Of a stretch of 40,743 nucleotides of DNA, positions 8,230-16,146 are shown in pieces. Source of the DNA: a virus (Duplodnaviria; Caudoviricetes). Location: IMG/VR virus record IMGVR_UViG_3300018914_000074; one strand, 5' to 3'. A program made the position numbers and the translations under genes. Every line of letters starts with the position of its first letter. Positions within the stretch are counted from its first letter, which is position 1. The notes beneath the pieces are model-generated. The model was not told the DNA's origin, searched no databases, and saw nothing but the letters and a program-made list of their open reading frames with translations.

Positions 8230-8665
8230 ACGGATCGGGTCTTGGACTCCACGTCCCCGCCTTCACGGCCAGAACAAATTCGGCGCCAAGAAAGTTATAG
8301 TAACCACCGATGGCACGATGTTCGAGGTCGATATGCTCAGGCGTCACGGCATCAATGACGTCACCGGCATCAAGTTCGACAGCAAGATGGAGGCCGAGTA
8401 TTATCTGCTGCTCAAGAAGCGGATGGCGGCCGGCGAGATCCAAGACATTGTGCTGCAGCCAGAGTTCATTTTGCAGGACAAGCCTCGGATTAAGTATAAG
8501 GCGGATTTCCAAGTGGTGTATCCCGGCGGTGACTTCGAAGTGATCGACGTCAAGGGACACATCACGAAGGACTTCAGGCTAAAGCAGAAGCTGTTTGCGG
8601 CCGTCTACGAGGACTACAAGCTGACCCTCGTTACCAAGCGGAGCGGGAGATGGATGGAGCGGTGA
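8222..8665 (+). CDS. DUF1064-family PD-(D/E)xK nuclease (putative Holliday junction resolvase)
   Basis: NKFGAKK, FDSKMEAEYY, LQPEF.LQ, YKADF, IDVKG. Confidence 0.85.
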   Translation: MGRRIGSWTPRPRLHGQNKFGAKKVIVTTDGTMFEVDMLRRHGINDVTGIKFDSKMEAEYYLLLKKRMAAGEIQDIVLQPEFILQDKPRIKYKADFQVVYPGGDFEVIDVKGHITKDFRLKQKLFAAVYEDYKLTLVTKRSGRWMER

Positions 8666-8720
8666 ACCGCGTCCGCGCCGTAGCCATGGAGGAAAAGACC
8701 CGAAGCGGGAGCAGAGCGCA

Positions 8721-8978
8721 ATGAAGAAAAGCGAAATCAAGCCGGGTCAAGTGTACCGGAGCCGAAGGAAGGGGCAGTATTACTCGGAACGCCGAGTAGA
8801 ACGGATTGGCGCTCACTTGGCGAGACCAAAGCAAAAAGACAAGGACTGCCTGATGTACATCGTTACGAGCGGGTTCCATTACGGCAGGACGCGAAGGGTG
8901 ACCCGTGCCTCATTTGCCAGATGGGCCAAGGAGATCGTCTTCGAAAGGCAGATGGATTTATTCGATTACCTGAGATAG
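8721..8978 (+). CDS. Hypothetical basic protein
   Basis: GGGAG SD; ends QMDLFDYL, a beta-clamp-binding-like motif. Confidence 0.65.
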   Translation: MKKSEIKPGQVYRSRRKGQYYSERRVERIGAHLARPKQKDKDCLMYIVTSGFHYGRTRRVTRASFARWAKEIVFERQMDLFDYLR

Positions 8979-9027
8979 CTCAAGCGGAAGCGGGACTGGT
9001 AACACAATGAATAGGCGGTGTTCATGA

Positions 9028-9222
9028 ATGAGCAAAGTTCCAGATCGTTTCAAGGAGTTGGAGAATGTACAAGTCTACGCCTCCGACGATCAAGTCGTTA
9101 TCACTGGCATCCCGGACGAAGACGACGAAAGCCACAATTGCGACGTTATGGGGTGCTCGTCGGTGTCGCACGTACTGTATCGGTTCGCTGTATTGCCGCC
9201 ATGGCAGAAAGTAATTCGATGA
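9028..9222 (+). CDS. Hypothetical protein (HNCD..GC...H)
   Basis: SD and ORF. Confidence 0.6.
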   Translation: MSKVPDRFKELENVQVYASDDQVVITGIPDEDDESHNCDVMGCSSVSHVLYRFAVLPPWQKVIR

Positions 9223-9254
9223 ATACGGATTTTTCATGAGAGGGGAGAGATGCG

Positions 9255-9797
9255 ATGGAAGTCGTACAGCCGATCCGGAGCGTCGAGAAGCTTGAACGGA
9301 TGAAAGCGGTGCTGCGAGAGCGATCGGAGCGCGACTGGTTCCTGCTCGTGATGGGAATTAATGTCGGCCTTCGCATCGGCGATCTTCTCAAGCTTCACGT
9401 CCGGGACGTCCGGAATAAATCGCACATCCGCATCATCGAAGGCAAGACGCAGAAGCGCAAACGGTTCCCGATCAACGCGGAGCTGCGCGAAATCATAAAT
9501 CAGTACACGAAGGGCATGAAGGATGACGCTCCGTTGTTCCCGAGCTACCGGACGAAGCAGAACATCGGAAGGGTGCAGGCGTACCGCATCCTGAACTACG
9601 CGGCGGCGGAGGTCGGTCTGATTGAGATCGGGACGCACACGCTGCGGAAGACGTTTGGGTACCATTTCTACAAGCGATACAAGGACGTCGCACTGCTGCA
9701 GGAGATATTCAATCATTCGGCGCCGTCGATTACGATGCGCTATATCGGAATCAACCAAGACATTATTGACGAGGCCGTTGGCGGCTTCCATCTGTGA
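9255..9797 (+). CDS. Short tyrosine recombinase, copy 1 (catalytic domain only)
   Basis: VQPIR, GLRIGD, KTQK, HTLRKTFGYH, FNHS, RYIG. Confidence 0.93.
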   Translation: MEVVQPIRSVEKLERMKAVLRERSERDWFLLVMGINVGLRIGDLLKLHVRDVRNKSHIRIIEGKTQKRKRFPINAELREIINQYTKGMKDDAPLFPSYRTKQNIGRVQAYRILNYAAAEVGLIEIGTHTLRKTFGYHFYKRYKDVALLQEIFNHSAPSITMRYIGINQDIIDEAVGGFHL

Positions 9798-9807
9798 GGT
9801 GAGGGAA

Positions 9808-10287
9808 TTGCCAGAAGCGAGAATTTTAGATGCCTGTTGCGGCAGCCGGATGTTCTGGTTCGACAAGCAGCATCCTGACGCGGTCTACATGGATAATCGG
9901 GAGCTCGACGATGTGCTGTGCGACGGGCGAACGCTCAACGTCAACCCTGACGTGATCGCCGATTTCCGGCGTATGCCTTTTGCGGACGAATCTTTTTATT
10001 TTGTCGTCTTCGACCCGCCGCATCTGCTGAAGGCTGGCGAAGATTCATGGTTGGCCAAGAAATACGGGAAGCTCGGGCCTGACTGGAAGGAAGACATCAA
10101 GCAGGGTTTTCAAGAATGCATGCGGGTGCTGAAGCCGAACGGGACGCTAATCTTCAAGTGGAACGAGGATCAGGTCAGCCTGGGCGAAGTTCTGAGAGCG
10201 ATCGACCGGCGACCGCTCTTCGGTAATCGGAGAAGCAAGACGCATTGGCTCGTCTACATGAAAGACGATCAGAGGAACATTGGGTGA
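9808..10287 (+). CDS. SAM-dependent (probably DNA amino-) methyltransferase
   Basis: ILDACCGSRMFWFDK, VVFDPPH, RVLKPNG; GAGGTGA SD then TTG 9808. Confidence 0.88.
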   Translation: MPEARILDACCGSRMFWFDKQHPDAVYMDNRELDDVLCDGRTLNVNPDVIADFRRMPFADESFYFVVFDPPHLLKAGEDSWLAKKYGKLGPDWKEDIKQGFQECMRVLKPNGTLIFKWNEDQVSLGEVLRAIDRRPLFGNRRSKTHWLVYMKDDQRNIG

Positions 10288-10315
10288 ATATGGAAGGACA
10301 TGGGGAGGGGTATGC

Positions 10316-10633
10316 ATGAACGTTTACGAAATCGGTCCGTACTGGATCGCGGCCAAGTCTGCGGACCATGCTCTCGGGGTTTACGTTGAAGAAACTCACG
10401 AACTTTCGGATTTGGTCATTGGTGAACCCGGCGAAGGGGAAACCGAGGAAGTGACGATATCGATTCGGCAGCTCACTCGAAACCAGGTGGAATCGCCATC
10501 GGTGTACTGCTGCGAAGACGGCGGATGCTCTTTCTGTAAAGACGAGGAGGATGCAGTCCTCATCTCATATCAGGACCTCATCAATAAGCGTGAGGAGAGA
10601 GAATTCCCTTGCGTCATCGCCAAAGAAGAATGA
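10316..10633 (+). CDS. Acidic hypothetical protein with Cys cluster
   Basis: GGGAGGGG SD; CCEDGGCSFC. Confidence 0.65.
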   Translation: MNVYEIGPYWIAAKSADHALGVYVEETHELSDLVIGEPGEGETEEVTISIRQLTRNQVESPSVYCCEDGGCSFCKDEEDAVLISYQDLINKREEREFPCVIAKEE

Positions 10634-10659
10634 ACGCAGGCTGAATATTGTGATACAAA

Positions 10660-10692
10660 GCAAAAACCGCAGGGAACGGCACTCCCCACGGT
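10660..10692 (-). terminator. Intrinsic terminator
   Basis: CCGTGGGGAG-TGCCG-TTCCCTGCGG followed by TTTTTG on minus strand. Confidence 0.7.
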
Positions 10693-11105
10693 CTCTGCCC
10701 CACGTTTGTTTACCTCAACAACCTTGCAGCGAATGGGCCTGAAGAAAGCCGCCGAATATTGGAGCCGTTGGTGTATCGGCCAAGTGACCCGCGTAACTTT
10801 TGAGGTTATCCATCGCACTGAGCGTGCCGTGCCCAGCTTCTTGGGATCGGCCATGACTTAAGCAGCTGTGGCACTGCTATGTTTTGATTCCCCTCATTGC
10901 CCATGGCAGCCGGGTCGCTACTGAGTTCCCTATGTACTGATGGCCGTTTTACGCTCGTCAGCGGAAGGAAGGCGTGGAACCTTCGGTAAAACTTTGCCGC
11001 CTATTTCAGGGATTGTTCAGCCGCGATAGTCCTTCTCAGAGGAACAAGGGGAGAATATAAAGTCGGCTATAAAGATTAACATCCGACCAACTCCTTCCCC
11101 CCTCT
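10660..11105 (-). ncRNA. Candidate large structured ncRNA (family not assigned)
   Basis: No convincing gene in a ~560-bp gap; many stems; intrinsic terminator on minus strand. Confidence 0.55.
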
Positions 11106-11198
11106 TATCGAGGGATACAAGTAAATACGGTCCATCTAAGTAAGAGTTTCACTATCTGAAAGGAAATTCACAATAATATGGCAACGGGAGGAAGAGCT

Positions 11199-11705
11199 GT
11201 GGAGATAACAGAGCTTTACGAAATGCAAAAGGCGCTCGACGCGCGGATTATCGAGGAGAAGGGGCTGCAGGGTCAAGACCTGCTGCCGAACACCGTCCTC
11301 GCCCTGCAGGTCGAGATTGCTGAGCTGGCGAACGAATGGCGTGGCTTTAAACACTGGAGCAACGATAAGGCACCAAGGATCGAGAAAATGCTCGAAGAAT
11401 ACGTGGATTGTCTACACTTCTTTCTCTCGATTGCGCGGCAATTGGGCGTTCCACTATATCAACTGGATATAAATCACCAAGAGATCAAGGAAGACACGAT
11501 CAAAATCTTCATCGATATCATCACGGCAGTCGGCCTGATCGATTACGTTGATTATTCGAACCTCGACGACAACGCTTTTTGGGATGCTTTGGACCAATTT
11601 ATCGCACTTGGTACCCAGCGACTGGGGTTCACTTGGAAGCAGATCGAAGCTGCCTACCTAGCGAAGAACGCAGTGAACCACGACCGGCAGGCGACCGGAT
11701 ACTGA
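11199..11705 (+). CDS. dut: Dimeric (all-alpha) dUTPase
   Basis: Q..LD.RI, EIAELANEWRGFKHWS, LEEYVDCLHF, AY..KN.VNH.RQ..GY. Confidence 0.9.
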   Translation: MEITELYEMQKALDARIIEEKGLQGQDLLPNTVLALQVEIAELANEWRGFKHWSNDKAPRIEKMLEEYVDCLHFFLSIARQLGVPLYQLDINHQEIKEDTIKIFIDIITAVGLIDYVDYSNLDDNAFWDALDQFIALGTQRLGFTWKQIEAAYLAKNAVNHDRQATGY

Positions 11706-11724
11706 TAGGGGAGCGTGAGGCCCA

Positions 11725-12267
11725 GTGAATTATGTTCAACCGATCCGCGATCCGGAGCTCATCACCGACATCAAGAAGTATCTGCGGGAGACGAACGAGC
11801 GAAATTACATCCTGTTCGTCCTTGGCATAAACACGGGCCTCCGGATCTCCGACATCTTGAAGCTCCGCGTGAAGGACGTCAGGGGAACGCACATCAGCAT
11901 GCGGGAGACGAAGACAGGGAAGCAGAAGCGTATCCTGATCAATCCGACGCTGAAGAACGAGCTCAAGGGCTACATAGAGGGCAAGGACGGCGACGAATAC
12001 CTCATCAAGAGCCGCCAGGGCTACAACAAGCCGATCAGCCGCGAAATGGCCTACAAGCTCCTCAACCAAGCCGCCAAGGTCTTCGGCCTCGAAGAGATCG
12101 GCACCCACACCATGAGAAAGACCTTCGGTTACCACCACTATCTGAAATACAAAAACATCGCGCTGCTGATGGACATCTTCAACCACTCCTCCGAACGAAT
12201 CACGCTGCGGTATATCGGCGTTAACCAGGACACGATGGACAACACGTTGAGCCGTTTTAGCCTTTAA
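11725..12267 (+). CDS. Short tyrosine recombinase, copy 2 (catalytic domain only)
   Basis: VQPIRD, GLRISD, KTGK, HTMRKTFGYH, FNHS, RYIG. Confidence 0.93.
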   Translation: MNYVQPIRDPELITDIKKYLRETNERNYILFVLGINTGLRISDILKLRVKDVRGTHISMRETKTGKQKRILINPTLKNELKGYIEGKDGDEYLIKSRQGYNKPISREMAYKLLNQAAKVFGLEEIGTHTMRKTFGYHHYLKYKNIALLMDIFNHSSERITLRYIGVNQDTMDNTLSRFSL

Positions 12268-12381
12268 TTACTCATAATGCGCGACTGTGTAACACGGTTT
12301 TGGACAAGCCCCGGAAACGCTGTAGCGGCAAGGGAAAAACGGCGGTTGGGCAGTTCAACAAAATATAAGATATGAGGAACT
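12266..12381. other. Pair of inverted dif-like tyrosine-recombinase sites
   Basis: AATTACTCATA-N7-ACTGTGTAACA (12266-12294) and AGTTCAACAAA-N8-TATGAGGAACT (12352-12381). Confidence 0.55.
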
Positions 12382-12409
12382 GGAAAGGGAAAACCGGAGG
12401 TGACTCGAG

Positions 12410-13618
12410 CTGGACGAAACCCAAAGACGAAAAGTGTTTCAGCGGGCCAAATCGATGACGACCGAGCGGTTTTGGAGCTGGATGAACTGGCTGCATACCA
12501 GGGCATACGACTTGTCAGGAAGTCATCACCTCGAGGCAATTCGAGAGCATCCATTGGGCGGGGAGCAGATGGCTAAGGAAATCGCCGAAATGGTTGATAC
12601 GGTCCGCGAGAGAACTGGCTTGAAGACGATCACGATCGGAGATACGGAGGACGTAGAATTTCAAACTGTCATGGGAGGGAGAACCGTGGGAACCCCAGTA
12701 CCGAACAGAGCCAATGAGGAGAAGTCCGTAGCTGCTGGACCAGTGACGACGTATAAGCTGCCACCGGAGGAACTCGAGAAGCTGCGCACCGGAACGCAAC
12801 TGACGGAAAGAAGGCCGATCCACACGAGTCCCGACGGCGGCCGAAGCGAACGGAGTAGGCTGATCGAAAACCAAACCAAGAACGAGGTGGACGATATGAG
12901 ACCTAAGAAGACGGGTCCCGATTGCGGACTGACGAAGCGAATTTTCCTAGAGCAGATTGCTGCCGGCGAAACCGTATCGAGCATCGAGCGGGCATGGAAC
13001 ATGAAGAATCAGACGCTGCCGTATTGGGTCAAGGTGTGGGGGCTGAAGGGCGTGACACCGGGTAAGGCGCGCGAGTTGCTGCAGTCGATGCCGGATGAAC
13101 ATGCGCCACCACAGCCCGTCGTTGTAACGGCGGAACAAACGTCTGACATTGTGCACCATGGTCCGACGCCCGATCCGCAGCCGATCGGCGCGCATGTCGG
13201 AGATCCAGCTGAGCCAACGCCGTTAGTGGTCGCCGCGGGCTTGACGGCCATCGATTCGACGATCTCGACGATACTTAACAACGTTGAATGGTTCGAGGCA
13301 GAGCATACAGTGGTCGGACCTTCGGTAAGCCTAAACAGCCGCGGGATGTCGTTCGATGAGGAAGCGACCAGGCAAATGGCGCTGAAAGCGAACGAGCTGC
13401 TGATGATCGGCGCGGCCCCGGGAAAGTTGGTTTTCCAGAAAGGACGAGGGCTGAAGCTTAGAGGCGTCGGTGAATCGACGGTTCGTCTTGAGAACCGGCG
13501 GATCGGGAGCTGGCAGCCGTTCAAGGCGATCGCGAAGAAGCGATATCCGCTGAAATACGATGCGGCGAGCGGGGCGTACTACATCGAGGTCGAGGTGACA
13601 GAACATGCGCGAAATTAA
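12410..13618 (+). CDS. Multi-domain hypothetical protein (probable CTG start; ORF track GTG 12434)
   Basis: GGAGGTGA SD 6 nt before in-frame CTG; internal SD+start signals suggest fused modules. Confidence 0.6.
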   Translation: MDETQRRKVFQRAKSMTTERFWSWMNWLHTRAYDLSGSHHLEAIREHPLGGEQMAKEIAEMVDTVRERTGLKTITIGDTEDVEFQTVMGGRTVGTPVPNRANEEKSVAAGPVTTYKLPPEELEKLRTGTQLTERRPIHTSPDGGRSERSRLIENQTKNEVDDMRPKKTGPDCGLTKRIFLEQIAAGETVSSIERAWNMKNQTLPYWVKVWGLKGVTPGKARELLQSMPDEHAPPQPVVVTAEQTSDIVHHGPTPDPQPIGAHVGDPAEPTPLVVAAGLTAIDSTISTILNNVEWFEAEHTVVGPSVSLNSRGMSFDEEATRQMALKANELLMIGAAPGKLVFQKGRGLKLRGVGESTVRLENRRIGSWQPFKAIAKKRYPLKYDAASGAYYIEVEVTEHARN

Positions 13619-14015
13619 GTTTCGGGGTAAGCGAATCGACGCAGACGTATGGGTTTATGGAGATCTAGTCCATTGTTGCCCAGGGGATTGCTACATCGGC
13701 AAAATTGGTGCGATCGAAGGTCGTAATGTTCGATTTGTCGGGGAAATATGCGACCCAAAAACAGTCGGACAATTAACCGGCCTTAGGGACAAGAACGGAA
13801 AAGAGATTTATGAGGGGGATATACTCGACATCAAGCTGATGGACGGTAACGAAATTTTCAGAGTGGTTTACGACGATAGGCGGGCACGGTTCCACTTGTA
13901 CGACAACGAAGGCGTAGGTTGGTCGTTCGATCACACGAACGAATATGAAGTCATCGGCAACATCTACGAACACCCGCACCTTCTGGAGGGCGGTGGTCCC
14001 CATGAAAAAACCTGA
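13605..14015 (+). CDS. YopX-family protein
   Basis: MREIKFRG, GQLTGLRDKNGKEIYEGDIL, EVIGNIYEHPHLL. Confidence 0.92.
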   Translation: MREIKFRGKRIDADVWVYGDLVHCCPGDCYIGKIGAIEGRNVRFVGEICDPKTVGQLTGLRDKNGKEIYEGDILDIKLMDGNEIFRVVYDDRRARFHLYDNEGVGWSFDHTNEYEVIGNIYEHPHLLEGGGPHEKT

Positions 14016-14130
14016 ATTTCGTGAAGACGGCGATCCGCTGACCGGCTTCGCCTGGGGGCTCGCACTGTCGCTGTTGATGTGGGTCATTTTGGCCGCCGGC
14101 GCCGCGGCAGTGTACCGATTCGTGCTTTGA
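14002..14130 (+). CDS. Small membrane protein (42 aa)
   Basis: GGAGG SD; single hydrophobic helix. Confidence 0.65.
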   Translation: MKKPEFREDGDPLTGFAWGLALSLLMWVILAAGAAAVYRFVL

Positions 14131-14341
14131 CGCTGCGGGCCGTCTTCACCTCGATGTTTTCACGTAGGAAATGCAGAACGCCGACGCTGTTGGAGAGGAT
14201 CGACAGCGTCGTGTCCGTAAAGTCGATAATGACGCCGTACCCGTCGAATACTTTGTTCCCGTCTTCGTCGACGGTGAAGACCATGACCGGCTCGCTGGTG
14301 CGTTTGGCTTTTCCGAAGTCGTCGAGCGTTCTAAGCAGCAT
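14084..14341 (-). CDS. Hypothetical protein on opposite strand with own promoter
   Basis: TGGTATAAT extended -10 (14360-14368) and GGGGTGA SD before ATG 14341. Confidence 0.65.
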   Translation of the reverse strand: MLLRTLDDFGKAKRTSEPVMVFTVDEDGNKVFDGYGVIIDFTDTTLSILSNSVGVLHFLRENIEVKTARSVKARIGTLPRRRRPK

Positions 14342-14383
14342 ATTAATCACCCCAATTGAATTATACCACGGAGGTGAACCGCA

Positions 14384-14788
14384 CTGAATCCTGTCCAGAT
14401 TTACTACGACGTCTGCAAGGAGATCGAGATCCTCGAAATCCGCTTGATGGATCTCGAAGAGCAGCTGAAGGCGGCTCGCGCACTTTGCTTCAATGGTCAG
14501 TTGCCTTCGTCCCCAATGCCGGTTCACGTGCCTTTAGATAAAGCGCTGAAGCAATATGACGAGGTTGTGGCGAAGATCCGAGAGGCTTCGGTGGAGCTGG
14601 AGCGGAAGAAGGGGGTGCGAGCCCAAATCGAGGCGAAAATCCGAGGGCTCGAAGGAATTGAGCACCAGGTGGCCTACAAGAGGGATATCGAGGGCAAAAC
14701 GCTGGCTCAAATTGCTGAGGAGACAGGGTACTCATACGGTTATATCATGAATGTCAGCAGTCGCATCAAAAAAGTGAGAAACGTGTGA
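14384..14788 (+). CDS. ArpU/RinA-like late transcription activator (sigma region-4-like HTH); probable CTG start
   Basis: C-terminal EGKTLAQIAEETGYSYGYI HTH; last large early gene before packaging; GGAGGTGA SD 6 nt before CTG. Confidence 0.78.
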   Translation: MNPVQIYYDVCKEIEILEIRLMDLEEQLKAARALCFNGQLPSSPMPVHVPLDKALKQYDEVVAKIREASVELERKKGVRAQIEAKIRGLEGIEHQVAYKRDIEGKTLAQIAEETGYSYGYIMNVSSRIKKVRNV

Positions 14789-14817
14789 GAGCACGCCTTG
14801 TCAAAACGTGATATATT
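14774..14817 (+). promoter_or_regulatory. Putative late promoter with activator-binding direct repeat
   Basis: GTGAGA at 14774 and 14785 (11-bp period), extended -10 TGaTATATT at 14809-14817. Confidence 0.5.
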
Positions 14818-14848
14818 GGGTTCGTGGAAGTCTGCATAAACGATAACA

Positions 14849-14880
14849 AGAGCTCACCTTCGGGTCGGGCTCTTTTTGTT
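14849..14880 (+). terminator. Hairpin plus U-tract
   Basis: AGAGCTCACC-TTCG-GGTCGGGCTCT-TTTTGTT. Confidence 0.65.
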
Positions 14881-14893
14881 TTGGGGTGAAACC

Positions 14894-15055
14894 ATGGAGA
14901 CCAAATTGAAGGGGCCAAGCCTGATCGCCGCCCTGAACCGATTGAACAAGGGCGACGAGTTGCCGAGCCAGCCAGCGCACTGCCGAGGCTGTATCTGGGG
15001 GAGTTGGGATGGTCTCAAACAATTTTGCCCGTGGCAGAGTTGCAAGAGGAAATAA
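14894..15055 (+). CDS. 53-aa four-cysteine protein (CRGCIW...C....C), not in ORF track
   Basis: GGGGTGA SD; ORF METKLKGPSL...SCKRK. Confidence 0.65.
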   Translation: METKLKGPSLIAALNRLNKGDELPSQPAHCRGCIWGSWDGLKQFCPWQSCKRK

Positions 15056-15092
15056 AAATAGCCGCATCCGAGTTGCAGTCGGAATACGGCTA
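15056..15092 (-). terminator. Terminator downstream of DUF2188 gene
   Basis: TAGCCG...TCCGA/TCGGA...CGGCTA stem then T-run on minus strand. Confidence 0.55.
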
Positions 15093-15144
15093 AGGCGCTG
15101 CAGCGGTACACAGCGGGGTGGTTCCCGGGTACATGGCGACCTCC

Positions 15145-15381
15145 TTACTTCTTGTCTTTCGGTGGATTCGGATCGTTGCCGTAGCTGTTGGCTTTAGCGA
15201 TTTTTCCGTCTTTGTTGTGGACGCGGTGTTCGGTTTGATCAGCTTTTGCTTCAGCACGGCCCCGCTGTTCAGCGTTAGCCTTGGTACGGTGAGTACTGAT
15301 CACCTCGCCGCCTTGTTTGTTTACCCAGCCCTTTCCGTCCTTGTTAGGAACGGTGTGAACAGGCTTTTCCTTATTTGGCAT
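15145..15381 (-). CDS. DUF2188-family protein (moron)
   Basis: VHTVP...GW...T...A...GR...H.KDGKI...SYGNDP.PP; AGGAGG SD and extended -10 TGgTATAAA. Confidence 0.85.
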   Translation of the reverse strand: MPNKEKPVHTVPNKDGKGWVNKQGGEVISTHRTKANAEQRGRAEAKADQTEHRVHNKDGKIAKANSYGNDPNPPKDKK

Positions 15382-15443
15382 GGGACATCCCTCCTTTCTG
15401 TATGTTTATACCAAAAATTAGGACAAAAGTTGCGGTGATTTCT

Positions 15444-15803
15444 TTGCCAAATAAACCAAAGCACCCCTGCAACCACGTCGGCTGCCGGCAGCTGACGACG
15501 GAGCGCTTCTGCGATCAGCACGCCAAGCAGCACCAACAGCAGCAGGATCGGGAGCGAGGCACGGCACATCAGCGGGGGTACAACACACGCTGGCAGAAGG
15601 CACGCAAGACGTTCCTCTCACGGAACCCGCTGTGCCGGCATTGTCAGGACGAGGGATTCTTGACGCCGGCGACGGTCGTCGACCACGTGATCCCGCATCG
15701 AGGGGATCAGGATCTGTTCTGGGATTCGAACAACTGGCAGCCTTTGTGCAAGAGGCATCACGATATCAAGACAGCGAAAGAGGACGGAGGGTTTGGACGA
15801 TGA
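15444..15803 (+). CDS. Terminase-associated HNH endonuclease
   Basis: NPLCRHC, VVDHVIPHRGD..LFWD..NWQPLCKRHHDIKT. Confidence 0.92.
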   Translation: MPNKPKHPCNHVGCRQLTTERFCDQHAKQHQQQQDRERGTAHQRGYNTRWQKARKTFLSRNPLCRHCQDEGFLTPATVVDHVIPHRGDQDLFWDSNNWQPLCKRHHDIKTAKEDGGFGR

Positions 15804-16027
15804 GTTCAAGACAAGTTCGCATTGTACTTGATGCAAGAGGCTTTGGGAAAGTGTTTGTGGATGACATGGACCTCAGTGCACATGTGCAAGCAATCGAGGT
15901 TAGGGCTGTAGCTGGAAGTGAGATGGGCATCCGTCTGCAATTGGTTCCGAAATCGGTGAGCATTGAGGCAGAAATGAAAGAAATTGAACCAACTGAGGAC
16001 GGTTGGCGGCAATTCGTCAGGGCGTAG
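15800..16027 (+). CDS. Hypothetical protein
   Basis: GGAGG SD, ATGA overlap. Confidence 0.6.
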   Translation: MSSRQVRIVLDARGFGKVFVDDMDLSAHVQAIEVRAVAGSEMGIRLQLVPKSVSIEAEMKEIEPTEDGWRQFVRA

Positions 16028-16029
16028 GC

Positions 16030-16135
16030 TGATACCCCCCGGGGGTAGGGGGGCAAAATCCTCGGGACCCCCTTTTGTAAGACCGCGTGTCCAGTTTTGC
16101 GCGAACAAAATTCCTTTTTTGAAATTTCCGGAAAG
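16030..16135. other. Putative cos region
   Basis: Non-coding gap just upstream of terS; near-palindrome TACCCCCCGGGGGTA (16033-16047); GACCGCGTGTCC at 16081-16092. Confidence 0.6.
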
Positions 16136-16146
16136 GAGGCTTGGCT

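Noticed and set aside
10684-10703. Resemblance to the GTGGGGCAGA repeat at the int end
   Set aside because: Only a 10-bp match with different spacing; plausible by chance and partly overlapping the terminator stem
10570-10854. 94-aa minus-strand ORF MADPKKLG... as a protein gene
   Set aside because: No SD, runs through the terminator hairpin and into the opposite-strand gene; better explained as a chance frame in a structured RNA
10900-11000. c-di-GMP-I riboswitch-like words (GGCAAA; ATGGCAGCCGGGT)
   Set aside because: The words lie on opposite strands and the GAAA tetraloop/GACGCAAA arrangement is missing
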